Shown: one piece after another, positions 17,962 through 29,654 of the stretch | Numbering within the stretch: the first letter of the stretch is position 1 | Layout: the number at the start of each line of letters is the position of its first letter | Made by a program: the position numbers and the translations under genes | Assembly (NCBI GenBank): GCA_019911765.1 | Contig: JAIOJU010000240.1 | Span: 1-42,692, forward strand | Direction of reading: 5' to 3' | From: Thiobacillus sp. | GTDB lineage: Bacteria; Pseudomonadota; Gammaproteobacteria; Burkholderiales; Thiobacillaceae | Length of the DNA: 42,692 nucleotides | Notes under the pieces: model-generated | Databases searched by the model: none | Told to the model about the DNA's origin: nothing | The model's input: only the letters and a program-made list of their open reading frames with translations

Positions 17962-19321
17962 GGCCATTCTCCTGTTGAGGTTCAACTTCGAGTGTCAGAT
18001 TGTTCCGGGCACGTACCCGCACCAGGCTGCCGCGCTTGAGGGGTACGCTGCTGCGCACCTGCCACTGTTCGCTGTGGACGCGAGCCCAGCCAATTTGTTC
18101 CATATCTTCCAGGATTTCACCGGTTGCACCGATCATTTCCTCGGCGCCGGTCACCACTGGCCGCGCACGCGCCTTGATTGCCATGCCGACGACAAAGAAG
18201 CTGAACACTCCGCTCGTCAGCGCCACCGGGACGATCAGCAACCATGGAACGCCATAGCCGGGCACATCGGTATCGATCAGCATGACCGAGCCGATGACGA
18301 ACGCAATCAGCCCGCCCAGTCCCAGTGCGCCAAAGCTGGGTACGAAGGCTTCTGCAATCATCAGGATGACGCCGAGGATCATCAGCGCCAGACCGACATA
18401 GCTGATCGGCATGACCTGTAGCGCAAACAGCGCCAGCAACAGGCAGATACCGCCGACCACACCGGGGAACAGCATGCCGGGGTTGGCAAATTCGTAGATC
18501 AGGCCGTAGATGCCCAGCAGCATCAGGATGTAGGCAATGCCGGGATCACCGATGACCGCCAGCAGGCGGCTGCGCCAGTCGGGCATGACGTGTTCGATGA
18601 CAGCGTTGGTCGTGTCCAGGATGGCGGTCTGGCCGTTCAGCTTGATGCTGCGGCCGTTGACCTGCTTCAGCAGGTCGTCGAGATCGGTTGCCACGAGGTC
18701 CACGACGTGCAGCTTCAAGGCCTCGTTTGCCGACAGGCTGACCGCTTCACGCACCGCCCGCTCGGCCCATTCGGCATTGCGCCCGCGCAGTTCGGCGAGG
18801 CCGCGGATGTAGGCGGCCGCATCGTGCACCATCTTGCGTGTCTTGGCGTCGCCCGACGGCGCGCTGGCTCCCTGTTTGGACGCATTTGGCTTGTCCGCCG
18901 GCCTGGATTCATCATTGCTGCCCGGTGCCAATTCGATCGGTGTTGCCGCACCGAGATTGGTGGCGGGCGCCATTGACGCGATGTGGCTGGCATACAGGAT
19001 ATAGGTGCCGGCACTGGCGGCGCGGGCACCCTGGGGCGAGACATAGGTGGCGACCGGAACCGGCGAGGCGAGGATGGCCTTGATGATGTCGCGCATCGAG
19101 GAGTCCAGCCCACCCGGCGTGTCCATCTCGATCACCACCAGATGCGCTTTGTCCTCGATGGCCCTGGCGAGGCCGCGCAACAGGTAATCGGCGCTGGCCG
19201 GGCTGATCGCGCCCTGCACCGTCAGCACGCGCACGGTCGCGGCACTGGCGGGCGCAGCAATCCCAAGACACAGACTGGTGAGCAGAAACAAGCGCGAAAA
19301 AAAGTGAAGCAGCTTAAGCAT
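17954..19321 (-). CDS. nfeD: Long-form NfeD membrane-bound ClpP-like serine protease
   Basis: Signal peptide, [30 protein letters not shown] bundle, C-terminal OB domain; overlaps the SPFH gene. Confidence 0.93.
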   Translation of the reverse strand: MLKLLHFFSRLFLLTSLCLGIAAPASAATVRVLTVQGAISPASADYLLRGLARAIEDKAHLVVIEMDTPGGLDSSMRDIIKAILASPVPVATYVSPQGARAASAGTYILYASHIASMAPATNLGAATPIELAPGSNDESRPADKPNASKQGASAPSGDAKTRKMVHDAAAYIRGLAELRGRNAEWAERAVREAVSLSANEALKLHVVDLVATDLDDLLKQVNGRSIKLNGQTAILDTTNAVIEHVMPDWRSRLLAVIGDPGIAYILMLLGIYGLIYEFANPGMLFPGVVGGICLLLALFALQVMPISYVGLALMILGVILMIAEAFVPSFGALGLGGLIAFVIGSVMLIDTDVPGYGVPWLLIVPVALTSGVFSFFVVGMAIKARARPVVTGAEEMIGATGEILEDMEQIGWARVHSEQWQVRSSVPLKRGSLVRVRARNNLTLEVEPQQENGHV

Positions 19322-19383
19322 GCTTCACTTTAGACGGTAAAACGGAGCTTGCCTTGAATCGATCAAGGCATGACCAGGGCTTC

Positions 19384-20061
19384 CTAGTTCGCCATCACCG
19401 GCAGAATCCACAGTTCAACCCGACGATTCAGTTGGCGACCGGCTTCGGTGTTGTTGTCGGCACGCGGTTGGGACTCCCCCCGGCCATAGGCTTCCAGTCG
19501 CAGCGGATTGACGTTCTGCCCGGCGAAATAATTCAACACCGACTGCGCGCGTTTTTCCGATAGCCCCTGGTTGTACTCTTGCGTCCCCACGCTGTCGGTG
19601 TGGCCGATGACGGAGACGGTGGTCTTGCCGTACTGATTCAACACGCTGGAAATCTTGTTCAGCGTGGGCAGATAGCCTGATTTGAGCACGGTCGAGTTGG
19701 TATCGAACCCCGTGCTGGAGGTCATGCTGACCAGCAGGGCATTGTCGCTGCTGCGCTGTTCGATGTTGATTTCCCCGCGCTGGATTTCGGACTGCAACTG
19801 GCGTTGCAGATCCTTGGCCTGCTTGTCCATGTAGTAGCCCACGCCGGCACCGGTCAGACCACCACCTACCGCGCCGATCAACGCACCCTTGCCACGGTTC
19901 CTGTGGTTGATGATGGCACCCAGTACTGCGCCGCTTGCGGTGCCGATGATGGCGCCTTTCTCGGTCTTGTTCAGATCACGGCTATCGCCCAGGTCGTTGG
20001 TCGCGCAGGCAGAGAGCAGAAACAGGGCCGTCAGTGGAAGGGCGATCAGGGAAGTACGCAT
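19384..20061 (-). CDS. OmpA-family outer-membrane lipoprotein (glycine zipper, YiaD-like)
   Basis: Lipobox LLSAC, GAIIG...GAGVGYYMDKQ, GHTDSVG, NQGLSEKRA, GRQLNRRVE. Confidence 0.93.
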   Translation of the reverse strand: MRTSLIALPLTALFLLSACATNDLGDSRDLNKTEKGAIIGTASGAVLGAIINHRNRGKGALIGAVGGGLTGAGVGYYMDKQAKDLQRQLQSEIQRGEINIEQRSSDNALLVSMTSSTGFDTNSTVLKSGYLPTLNKISSVLNQYGKTTVSVIGHTDSVGTQEYNQGLSEKRAQSVLNYFAGQNVNPLRLEAYGRGESQPRADNNTEAGRQLNRRVELWILPVMAN

Positions 20062-20115
20062 GGTGGGTCCTCATGGAAGTTGAGCAAAATTGGCGCCGCT
20101 TGGCGATGCGGGTGG

Positions 20116-20145
20116 AGTGAGTGCCGAATCGGCTGCCGGGTTCCC
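20116..20145 (-). promoter_or_regulatory. Putative ECF (sigmaE-like) promoter of the OmpA lipoprotein gene
   Basis: Minus strand GGGAACCC-GGC-AGCCGA-TTCGG-CACTCACT, matching the yccA upstream motif. Confidence 0.45.
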
Positions 20146-20196
20146 TTTCAGACACCGGGGTTCGCCTGGTCAGTCGTGAACCGTCGGTCGAAACAT

Positions 20197-20535
20197 TTAG
20201 CCCGGGCTGGGTGGCGTATCGTTTTCCTGTTCCGGCGTCGCGGCCAGGGATTTGACCTTGAGATGAAGTGCCGCTTTGCCGAGCAGGTGTGCGCTCACCG
20301 GTGCTGTAATAAACAGAAATAGCGTGACCAGTACTTCGTGCAGACTGATACCGTCTTCCCGGATGCTGAAATAAATGGCGGATGCGATCAGCAGGCAACC
20401 CACCCCGAGGGTGGTGGCCTTGGTGGGGCCATGCAGGCGGGTGTAGAAATCCTGCAGCCGGGCAAGCCCCAAGGAGCCGATGAAGGTGAAGATCGCGCCG
20501 GTCAGAATCAGGATGGAAAGCAGGATGTCGATCAT
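20197..20535 (-). CDS. mrpG: Mrp/Pha cation:H+ antiporter subunit G
   Basis: DFYTRLHGPTKATTLG, FITAPVSAH. Confidence 0.95.
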   Translation of the reverse strand: MIDILLSILILTGAIFTFIGSLGLARLQDFYTRLHGPTKATTLGVGCLLIASAIYFSIREDGISLHEVLVTLFLFITAPVSAHLLGKAALHLKVKSLAATPEQENDTPPSPG

Positions 20536-20545
20536 GATGTCGTAC

Positions 20546-20815
20546 TCATTCGATGATATCGCCGCGCAGCAGGTATTTGCACAGTGCGACTGTACCGACG
20601 AACCCCATCATGGCAATCAGCAAGGCCGCTTCGAAGTAGATGGCGTTGCCCAGATGAATGCCAAGCAGCACCAGCAGGGCGAGTGTGTTCACGTAGAGCG
20701 TGTCGAGCGCGAGGATGCGGTCGGGTGCGTCCGGGCCGATGATCAGGCGCCAGAAGCTCAACAGAAACGCCAGGCTGACCAGCGCATACGCGATTGGAAT
20801 GACGGTCATCAACAT
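20546..20815 (-). CDS. mrpF: Mrp/Pha antiporter subunit F
   Basis: GPDAPDRILALDTLY, GFVGTVALCKYLLRGDIIE. Confidence 0.95.
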   Translation of the reverse strand: MLMTVIPIAYALVSLAFLLSFWRLIIGPDAPDRILALDTLYVNTLALLVLLGIHLGNAIYFEAALLIAMMGFVGTVALCKYLLRGDIIE

Positions 20816-21312
20816 CAGTCGATCCCCTCTTCAAAGATTTTTTTCAGCGGCACTTCGTAACGCTGCTTAATGTCGGCAACCACGGCATCGGCATCGTCGG
20901 TGTCCAGCGTGTGCACGATCAGCGTGCGTTTGTCTTCGGAGAGCAGCACCGACACGGTGCCCGGCGTCAGCGAAATGGTGTTGGCCAGCAGGCTGATGGC
21001 CAGATCGGTTTTGAGCATGACCGGTACCTGGACGAACGCCGGGCGCAGACGTGCCGGCCCCAGCAGAATCAGGTAGGCGACATGAAAGCTGCCGCGCACG
21101 ATGTCGTAGAGGAATATCACCAGATAGTGCAACAGGGTCAGTGGATGGCGGATGCGGATGGCTTCCGGCCAGAAGCCCGAAGTAACGAAGGGAATCAGCC
21201 AGCCGAGCAGTGTGCCGAGCACGATGTGGCCGGCAGACAACTGGTTGACCAGCAGCAGCCACAGGATGGCGAGGGTCAGGGTGAGCAGGGGATGAGGCAG
21301 GAAGCGTCTCAT
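20815..21312 (-). CDS. mrpE: Mrp/Pha antiporter subunit E
   Basis: MRRFLPHPLL...LANTISLTPGTVS...IKQRYEVPLKKIF; start at ATG 21312 overlapping the mrpD stop. Confidence 0.94.
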   Translation of the reverse strand: MRRFLPHPLLTLTLAILWLLLVNQLSAGHIVLGTLLGWLIPFVTSGFWPEAIRIRHPLTLLHYLVIFLYDIVRGSFHVAYLILLGPARLRPAFVQVPVMLKTDLAISLLANTISLTPGTVSVLLSEDKRTLIVHTLDTDDADAVVADIKQRYEVPLKKIFEEGID

Positions 21313-22829
21313 GGCGCGGTCCTCCCTAGAACCGCTTCGATATACTGCTGCGGTGCCAGCAGTTGTGCAGCGGTAGCCGTGGCGTAGCTGGAAACCGGAC
21401 CGGCCCAGACCGTCAGGCCGAGGATCAGTAGCAGCAGTCCGGCGACAGGCGTCAGCGCGGCCGTTGTCGGTGCCGTCTGGGAATCGGGTTCGGGCGTGCC
21501 GTGGGTGCGATAGAACAGCAGGCTGCCGCTGCGAGCCAGTGCGATCATTCCAACGAGGCCGGTGGCGAGCACCACGCTCCACACCCAGATCATCAGTGGC
21601 GATGCGATTGCGGCTTTCAGCAACATGAACTTGCCAAGAAAACCGGCCAGTGGCGGCAGCCCGGTGATAGCCATGGCGACGACGAAAAACAGTCCGCCCA
21701 ATACGCGTGCGCCCGGCATCGCCGGACCCGATTCGAAGTGGTCGGCCAGCGAACCGCGTGCGCGGCTGATGGCATCGGCCAGCAGGAACAGCGCGGCAGC
21801 GGCGAAAGTGGTGTGCGGCAGGTAATACAGGCCGGCCGCAACCGAATCGACCGTGCCGAGGCCAAAGGACAGCAGCAGGGTGCCGATCGAGGCCACCACC
21901 AGATAGGCGGCCTGCTGCCTGAGCGAGGTGCTGGCCAGCACGCCGAGCGTGCCCAGCACCAGGGTGGCGAGCGCCAGCGGCGCCAGCCAGGTGTCGAGCA
22001 GGTTGGCCACCGGCCCCGCCGCATCACCGAACATCAGACTGGCCACGCGCAGAATGCTGTAGGCACCGACCTTGGTCATGATGGCAAACAAGGCCGCCAC
22101 CGGTGCACTGGTGTGGGTGTAGGCGGCGGGCAGCCACAGGTAGAGCGGCAGCAGCGCGGCTTTCAGCGCGAACACGGCAAACAGCAGCAGGCCGGCGGAT
22201 TGCACCAGTGGCAGGTTTTCAGGTGGGGTCTGTGCGAGCTTGACCGCCAGGTCGGCCATGTTGAGCGTGCCGGTTACGCCATAGAGTGTGCCGACGGCGA
22301 ACAGGAACAGCGTCGAGCCGACCAGGTTGATGACTACGTAATGCAGTCCCGCCTTGACCCGGTTGCGGCCACCGCCATGCAGCAGCAGGCCGTAGGACGC
22401 GAGCAGCAGGATCTCGAAAAACACGAACAGGTTGAACAGGTCACCGGTCAGGAAAGCGCCGTTGAGACCGAACAACTGCAACTGGAACAGCACATGGAAA
22501 TGACGGCCCTGGGTATCGCTACCGCGGAGGGCGTAGAGCAGTGCGAACACAGCCAGCAGCGCGGTAGTCAGCAGCATCCACGCGGCCAACCGGTCGACCA
22601 CCAGCACGATGCCGTACGGCGCCACCCAGTTGCCGAGCGCGTAGACCAGTTGCGTGCCGTCGCTGGCGGTCTGGAGCAGCGTGATTGCCAGGGGGACCAG
22701 CGCCAGCGTGGCGAGCATGCTGATGCCGCGTTGCAGTGACAGCGAACGATTGCGCAGTGCCAGCAGAACAATACCGGCGAGCAGCGGCAACACCACCGGC
22801 AGGATCGGCAGATGGATGAAACCGTTCAT
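21309..22829 (-). CDS. mrpD: Mrp/Pha antiporter subunit D
   Basis: GDLFNLFVFFEILLLASY, GTLNMADL, WLPAAY, TKVGAY, GLPPLAGFLGK. Confidence 0.96.
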   Translation of the reverse strand: MNGFIHLPILPVVLPLLAGIVLLALRNRSLSLQRGISMLATLALVPLAITLLQTASDGTQLVYALGNWVAPYGIVLVVDRLAAWMLLTTALLAVFALLYALRGSDTQGRHFHVLFQLQLFGLNGAFLTGDLFNLFVFFEILLLASYGLLLHGGGRNRVKAGLHYVVINLVGSTLFLFAVGTLYGVTGTLNMADLAVKLAQTPPENLPLVQSAGLLLFAVFALKAALLPLYLWLPAAYTHTSAPVAALFAIMTKVGAYSILRVASLMFGDAAGPVANLLDTWLAPLALATLVLGTLGVLASTSLRQQAAYLVVASIGTLLLSFGLGTVDSVAAGLYYLPHTTFAAAALFLLADAISRARGSLADHFESGPAMPGARVLGGLFFVVAMAITGLPPLAGFLGKFMLLKAAIASPLMIWVWSVVLATGLVGMIALARSGSLLFYRTHGTPEPDSQTAPTTAALTPVAGLLLLILGLTVWAGPVSSYATATAAQLLAPQQYIEAVLGRTAP

Positions 22830-23170
22830 CGGTGCCTGTCCTCGTCGTGGTGCAGGCCGTCGACGTCGTCGTTGCCCAGTTCGGAACGCGCCTTGAGCGC
22901 CAGCACGATGACAAACGCCGTCATGCCGAAGCTGATGACGATGGCGGTGAGCACCAGCGCCTGCGGCAGCGGGTCGGAGTAGCCTTCGGCTGCGGCGCGG
23001 ATCACCGGCGGTACGCCGATGGCCAGCCGGCCCATGATGAAGAGGAACAGGTTGACGGCGTAGGACAGCAGGGTGAGCCCCAGCACTACCGGGAAAGTCG
23101 TGCCGCGCAGGGCGAGAAACACGCCGCCTGCGGTGAGCACGCCGATGACCAGTGAAATCAGCGCCTCCAT
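22826..23170 (-). CDS. mrpC: Mrp/Pha antiporter subunit C
   Basis: LLSYAVNLF, DPLPQALVLTAIVISFGMTA. Confidence 0.96.
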   Translation of the reverse strand: MEALISLVIGVLTAGGVFLALRGTTFPVVLGLTLLSYAVNLFLFIMGRLAIGVPPVIRAAAEGYSDPLPQALVLTAIVISFGMTAFVIVLALKARSELGNDDVDGLHHDEDRHR

Positions 23171-25968
23171 TAATGGGGGCTCCTATGCTTGGGCGGGGTG
23201 TGGTGCAGGCCGCCGAGATTGAGCAGGATCATCAGCGTGGCGCCGACGACGACCAGGAAGACACCGAGGTCGAATGCCATCGCTGACGCCAGTTCGAAAT
23301 CGCCGACCATGGGCCAGTGCAGGTGGCCGTAGGTCGAGGTGAGGAAGGGCGCACCAAACCACCAGCTGGCCAGCCCGGTGCCTGCGGCGATGGCCAGCCC
23401 CCAGGCAATCAGCGGATGGCTGTCGGACGGCATGCGCTGGTGGGTCCAGTGCGTGCCGTTGGCGAGGTATTGCACGATCAGCGCCACCGCCGTGATCAGG
23501 CCGGCGATGAAGCCGCCACCCGGCTGGTTGTGGCCGCGCAGCAGGATGAATACCGCGACCAGCAGTGCCAGCGGCAGCAGAATCTGCGTCAGCGTGGCCA
23601 TGATGGTCGGGTGGGTATCGTGGTCCCACAAGCGCCCGGAACCATCCTGGGTCGGCGCGGGCAGGTGCAGGTTCTGCAGCATCGCCACGATGCCGAGTCC
23701 GGCCAGTGCCAGCACGGTGATCTCGCCCAGCGTGTCATAGCCGCGGAAGTCGACCAGGATGACGTTTACCACGTTGCTGCCGCCGCCGCCCGGCACGCTG
23801 TTCGCGAGATAGTAGCCGGCAATGGTGTCGTAAGGCCGGGTGAGCACGGCCCAGGCCAGGGCTGCGGTGCCGGCGCCTGCAGTCACTGCAATCGCGCCAT
23901 CGCGCCAGGCGCGCCCCGGACTTTTTTCCGCTGCGCCATGCTGCGGCAGGAAATACAGCGCCAGCAACAGCAGGACAATGGTGACGATTTCGACGGACAG
24001 CTGCGTCAGCGCGAGGTCGGGGGCGGAAAATTTCACGAAGGCGAGCGATACCACCAGCCCCACCACGCCAATGGTGATGAGCGCGATAAACCGCTGCTTG
24101 TGCAGCCAGACCGTGGCAAGCGTGGCGATGATCAGGGCGCTGGCGGCGAGCAGGCTGACGGCATCGAGCGGCAGGCCGCTGCGGCTGCCGGTCAGTGGGG
24201 CGTTGTTTGCCAGCCATGGCGAGATACCCAGTACTAAAGCCGCAATCAGCGTAAGGAACACCTGGCGCTGCAGCGAGCCGGTATCGATCAGGCGGGTGAT
24301 GCCGCGTGCCAGCACAATCAAGCCATTCAGCAGCGCGTTGTAAACCACGCGCGCATCGAGGCGGTCCAGGTGGCGTTCGTGCCAGGCAAACAGCGGGCGT
24401 CGGGCCAGGTAAATCAATCCGCCGCCGGTCAGCGCGATCAGGCTCATGATCAGAGCCGGGTTGATGCCGTGCCACAGCGCCAGGTGATACTCGGGCAGGG
24501 CTGTCTGCAGCGTACTCTGCGCCGCCACGGCGAGCAGTGGCGCAACCGTGAGCGCGGGCGCGATGCCGACCACCAGGCACAGCACCACCAGGATTTCCAC
24601 CGGCACCTTCATCCAGCGCGGCGGCTCATGCGGCGTGCGCGGCAGATCCACCGGCTCGCCGTTGAAGAACACGTCGTGAATGAAGCGGATCGAGTAGGCC
24701 ACGGCCAGGGCACCTGCCAGGGTGACCAGTGCGGGGAACAGCCAGCCGCCGATATGGTTTTGCGAAATCTGCATCGCCTCGGCAAAGAACATTTCCTTGG
24801 ATAAAAAACCATTCAGCAAGGGAACACCGGCCATCGCGGCGGCGGCCACCATCGCCAGCGTCGCGGTATAGGGCATGAATTTCCACAAGCCGTGCAGGCG
24901 CCGCAAATCGCGTGTGCCGGTTTCGTGATCGATGATGCCGGCGGCCATGAACAGCGAGGCCTTGAAGGTGGCGTGGTTCATGATGTGGAACACGCCGGCG
25001 ACAGCCGCGAGCGGCGTCGACAGCCCGAACAGCAGCGTGATGAGGCCGAGGTGGCTGAGTGTGGAATACGCGAGGAGCCCCTTCAGGTCGTGCTTGAACA
25101 GCGCGACGTAGGCGCCGATCAGCAAGGTGGCCAGCCCGGCGCCACTGACCAGCCAGAACCACTCCGGGGTGCCCGACAGCGCCGGGAACAGCCGTGCCAG
25201 CAGAAACACGCCGGCCTTCACCATGGTCGCCGAATGCAGGTAGGCCGATACCGGCGTGGGCGCCGCCATCGCGTGCGGCAGCCAGAAATGGAACGGGAAC
25301 TGCGCCGACTTGGTGAATATGCCGAGCAGGATCAGCAGCAGCGTCGGCACGTAAAGCGGATGCGCGCGGATATGGTCGCCCGAGGCGAGCACATCGGACA
25401 GTTCGTAGCTGCCGACGATGTGGCCGAGCAGCAAAAATCCGCCCAGCATCGCAAAGCCGCCCAGGCCGGTCACCGCCAGCGCCATCCGCGCGCCCTGCCG
25501 CGCCTCCTCGCGGTGCTGCCAGTAGCTGATCAGCAGAAAGGACGACAGGCTGGTCAGTTCCCAGAAGATCAGCAACTGGATCAGGTTTTCCGACAGCACG
25601 ATGCCGAGCATCGAACCCATGAACAGCATCAGGTAGCTATAGAAGCGGCCCATGCTGTCGCGTTCGGACAGGTGGTAGCGCGCGTACACGATGATCAGCA
25701 GGCCGATGCCGAGAATCAGCCCGGCAAACAGCATGGCGAGGCCATCGAGGCGGAAGGCAAGGTTGAGCCACAGCGCAGGCATCCAGTCGTGCTGCTGGAT
25801 CAGGGTTTCACCGGCAAATGGCAGAGAGAACAGCGGGACCAGAAATGCCAGCGAGGCCAGCGTGACCGCACCCGCCGCCCAGGCGGAATGTGAACGTCCG
25901 AGGCGGGACGCCAGCGCAACCAGGGCCGCGCCCACAAACGGGGTCAGGACAGCGAAGAAAAGCGTCAT
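23170..25968 (-). CDS. mrpA: Mrp/Pha antiporter fused subunit A/B (group 2 Mrp)
   Basis: FWELTSLSSFLLI, TKSAQFPFHFWLPHAMAAPTPVSAYLHSATMVKAG, VDFRGYDTLGE, RGHNQPGGGFIAGL. Confidence 0.97.
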   Translation of the reverse strand: MTLFFAVLTPFVGAALVALASRLGRSHSAWAAGAVTLASLAFLVPLFSLPFAGETLIQQHDWMPALWLNLAFRLDGLAMLFAGLILGIGLLIIVYARYHLSERDSMGRFYSYLMLFMGSMLGIVLSENLIQLLIFWELTSLSSFLLISYWQHREEARQGARMALAVTGLGGFAMLGGFLLLGHIVGSYELSDVLASGDHIRAHPLYVPTLLLILLGIFTKSAQFPFHFWLPHAMAAPTPVSAYLHSATMVKAGVFLLARLFPALSGTPEWFWLVSGAGLATLLIGAYVALFKHDLKGLLAYSTLSHLGLITLLFGLSTPLAAVAGVFHIMNHATFKASLFMAAGIIDHETGTRDLRRLHGLWKFMPYTATLAMVAAAAMAGVPLLNGFLSKEMFFAEAMQISQNHIGGWLFPALVTLAGALAVAYSIRFIHDVFFNGEPVDLPRTPHEPPRWMKVPVEILVVLCLVVGIAPALTVAPLLAVAAQSTLQTALPEYHLALWHGINPALIMSLIALTGGGLIYLARRPLFAWHERHLDRLDARVVYNALLNGLIVLARGITRLIDTGSLQRQVFLTLIAALVLGISPWLANNAPLTGSRSGLPLDAVSLLAASALIIATLATVWLHKQRFIALITIGVVGLVVSLAFVKFSAPDLALTQLSVEIVTIVLLLLALYFLPQHGAAEKSPGRAWRDGAIAVTAGAGTAALAWAVLTRPYDTIAGYYLANSVPGGGGSNVVNVILVDFRGYDTLGEITVLALAGLGIVAMLQNLHLPAPTQDGSGRLWDHDTHPTIMATLTQILLPLALLVAVFILLRGHNQPGGGFIAGLITAVALIVQYLANGTHWTHQRMPSDSHPLIAWGLAIAAGTGLASWWFGAPFLTSTYGHLHWPMVGDFELASAMAFDLGVFLVVVGATLMILLNLGGLHHTPPKHRSPH

Positions 25969-26060
25969 TAACTGGATTCAGGATACGAGTCGACCACAGG
26001 GTCGGGGAACGTGGCCATTCTAACGTGAATGGCGCAGTGCGGTCGCGGTGGTGGGGTGTG

Positions 26061-26087
26061 CGAAAATGCACAGTTCTTGCATTTTCG
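26061..26087. promoter_or_regulatory. Perfect 10-bp inverted repeat in the divergent mrp/sulP intergenic region
   Basis: CGAAAATGCA-N7-TGCATTTTCG. Confidence 0.45.
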
Positions 26088-26196
26088 TCAGCCGGATATT
26101 TGCGCTGCTGACCTGCCTGCTTTTGTGATCGCCTTGTCCCATTGCGCCCTCGCAGGTGAAGGGCGGGGCGACGTATCGTTATTCAAAGTGATGTCG

Positions 26197-27732
<1,536 letters not shown>

Positions 27733-27804
27733 CCTGGCCATGTGTGGCGGGAGCGCGTGCAGGGCATGTCGCGACGAGCTATGCCCATGATTTTAATATG
27801 GGTA

Positions 27805-27831
27805 TCAAGTTTCTTCGGTGGCTGCCGATAT
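27805..27831 (+). promoter_or_regulatory. sigma28 (FliA)-type promoter
   Basis: TCAAGTTT-N11-GCCGATAT versus consensus TAAAGTTT-N11-GCCGATAA; 38 bp before the DGC start. Confidence 0.7.
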
Positions 27832-27869
27832 ACCTCTAATTGCCTGAAAACTAGAATAATCAGAGCGCT

Positions 27870-29540
27870 GTGCAACTACCCTTTTCCTCACTATCGTCCC
27901 TGCTTCCACGCTGGCTGATTGCCGGCTTCGGTTTTCTGTTCCTGCTCGTCGTTCTGGTGGTGGGGTCCAGTATTTATTATCTGGACAGCCTGAGAAACGA
28001 ACTGGGGAGTGTGGTCAATATCCAGATGCAGCGCATCAGTCAGGCGCACGAACTGCGCATGGCAATCCGTGAGCGGATGCTGAGCCTGGACCGGATTTTT
28101 CTCGAACACGACCCCTTTGTGCAGGATGAGTTGTACCAGCAGTTCCAGAATCTGGGTGGGCGCGTGATATCGCTGCGTCGCGAACTGGAGCCAAAGGCTG
28201 AAGACCCGGCTGAACAGCGCATTTTGTCGGCATTCAGAAGCGAAGTTCTTGAGACTGCGGATAAAACCGATGCCGTTGTGGCACTTTATCTGGATGGGCG
28301 GATGGAAGAGGGACGCAGTTTGCTGCTGCGCGAGGCCATGCCGTCGCAGGCCAAGGTAACCGACGCCAGCGATAGCTTGCAGGCGTTTTATCGCGACCAG
28401 GGACAGAAGACCGTCGCGCATGCGCGCCAGGTTTATGAATCAGCATTCAAGATCGTGATTGGCCTGGGGGTTGGCGCGATTGTGCTGACCTTGCTGACCG
28501 CCATGCTGGTGATTCGTCGTATTTTGAAGGACCGGCAATCGCTGCTTGCCGAAATTGATGTTCGTCGTGAGGCGGAAGCGGAATTGCTTTTGCTCAGCGG
28601 TGATCTGGAGGAGCTTGTGGCAACGCGGACAGCGTGCCTGCAGGAGACCGCCGATTTGCTCAAGGAGGCGCAGCGCATCGGCCAGATGGGTCACTGGGAG
28701 TGGGATGTCCTGGATGACAGCATCAAATGGTCGGATGAGGTCTATCGTCTGTTTGGGCTGAACCAGAAAGCCTCAGTTACGACCTACGACGACTTCCTGC
28801 AGACGGTTCACCCGGATGACCGCGACAAGGTGGTCACGGCCATGGAAAAAGCCCTGATCCAGGGGTTCTACCGGACCAGTCATCGCATTCTCTGGGCAGA
28901 CGGCAACATTCGTTACATCGAGGGGATGGGCCGCGTGAGCTATGGCAAGGGCGATAGACCCCTGCGCATGGTCGGCACCTTGCAGGACATCACCGAAGAA
29001 CAGCGTCTGCAGCAGCAGCTATGGGATCTGGCCCATCACGACAGCCTGACGGGTCTGCCCAATCGTGGCCTGCTGATCGATCGCCTGCAACAGTCGATTG
29101 CCAATGCCAAACGCCAGGGTGACACCCTGGCGGTGGCGTTATTCGATCTGGACCGCTTCAAATTGGCGAATGACAGCCTGGGGCACGCAGCCGGGGATCG
29201 TCTGCTGGTGGAGGTGGCCAACCGTTTGCGCGGCGCCGTCCGACAAAGCGATATCGTGGCACGCTTCGCCGGCGATGAGTTTGTCGCGGTATTTCCAACA
29301 GTGGGATCGCCCGAGGAGGCAGCCACGCTACTGGATAAAATCCTCGCCAGTTTTGATGCGCCCTGCCAGTTGCATGGCGCCGAGTGGCTGATATCAGCGA
29401 GTATCGGCGTGGCGTTTTATCCGCGCGATGCGCAGGATGCCCAGGGTCTTCTGCAAGCAGCCGACGAGGCGATGTATGCAGTCAAACAGGCGGGCCGCAA
29501 CGGTTACCGCACCTATCAGGCGAGTCTCACGCTGCAGTAA
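27870..29540 (+). CDS. Membrane diguanylate cyclase (four-helix sensor + PAS + AGDEF variant)
   Basis: Two TMs flanking a helical periplasmic domain; GHWEWD...VHPDDR PAS; HDSLTGLPNR, DLDRFKLANDSLGHAAGD, RQSD-x5-AGDEF, ADEAMY. Confidence 0.92.
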   Translation: MQLPFSSLSSLLPRWLIAGFGFLFLLVVLVVGSSIYYLDSLRNELGSVVNIQMQRISQAHELRMAIRERMLSLDRIFLEHDPFVQDELYQQFQNLGGRVISLRRELEPKAEDPAEQRILSAFRSEVLETADKTDAVVALYLDGRMEEGRSLLLREAMPSQAKVTDASDSLQAFYRDQGQKTVAHARQVYESAFKIVIGLGVGAIVLTLLTAMLVIRRILKDRQSLLAEIDVRREAEAELLLLSGDLEELVATRTACLQETADLLKEAQRIGQMGHWEWDVLDDSIKWSDEVYRLFGLNQKASVTTYDDFLQTVHPDDRDKVVTAMEKALIQGFYRTSHRILWADGNIRYIEGMGRVSYGKGDRPLRMVGTLQDITEEQRLQQQLWDLAHHDSLTGLPNRGLLIDRLQQSIANAKRQGDTLAVALFDLDRFKLANDSLGHAAGDRLLVEVANRLRGAVRQSDIVARFAGDEFVAVFPTVGSPEEAATLLDKILASFDAPCQLHGAEWLISASIGVAFYPRDAQDAQGLLQAADEAMYAVKQAGRNGYRTYQASLTLQ

Positions 29541-29654
29541 ATCGAAAGAGCTTTTCTTTCCGCATTGACTCCCGGTGATCTGGTTCAGATAGCGTCGGCT
29601 TTTCTCTTCCGTCAGTCAGTGGGTTGCTCTGGAGTGGATGACGTGCGAAGGCAC

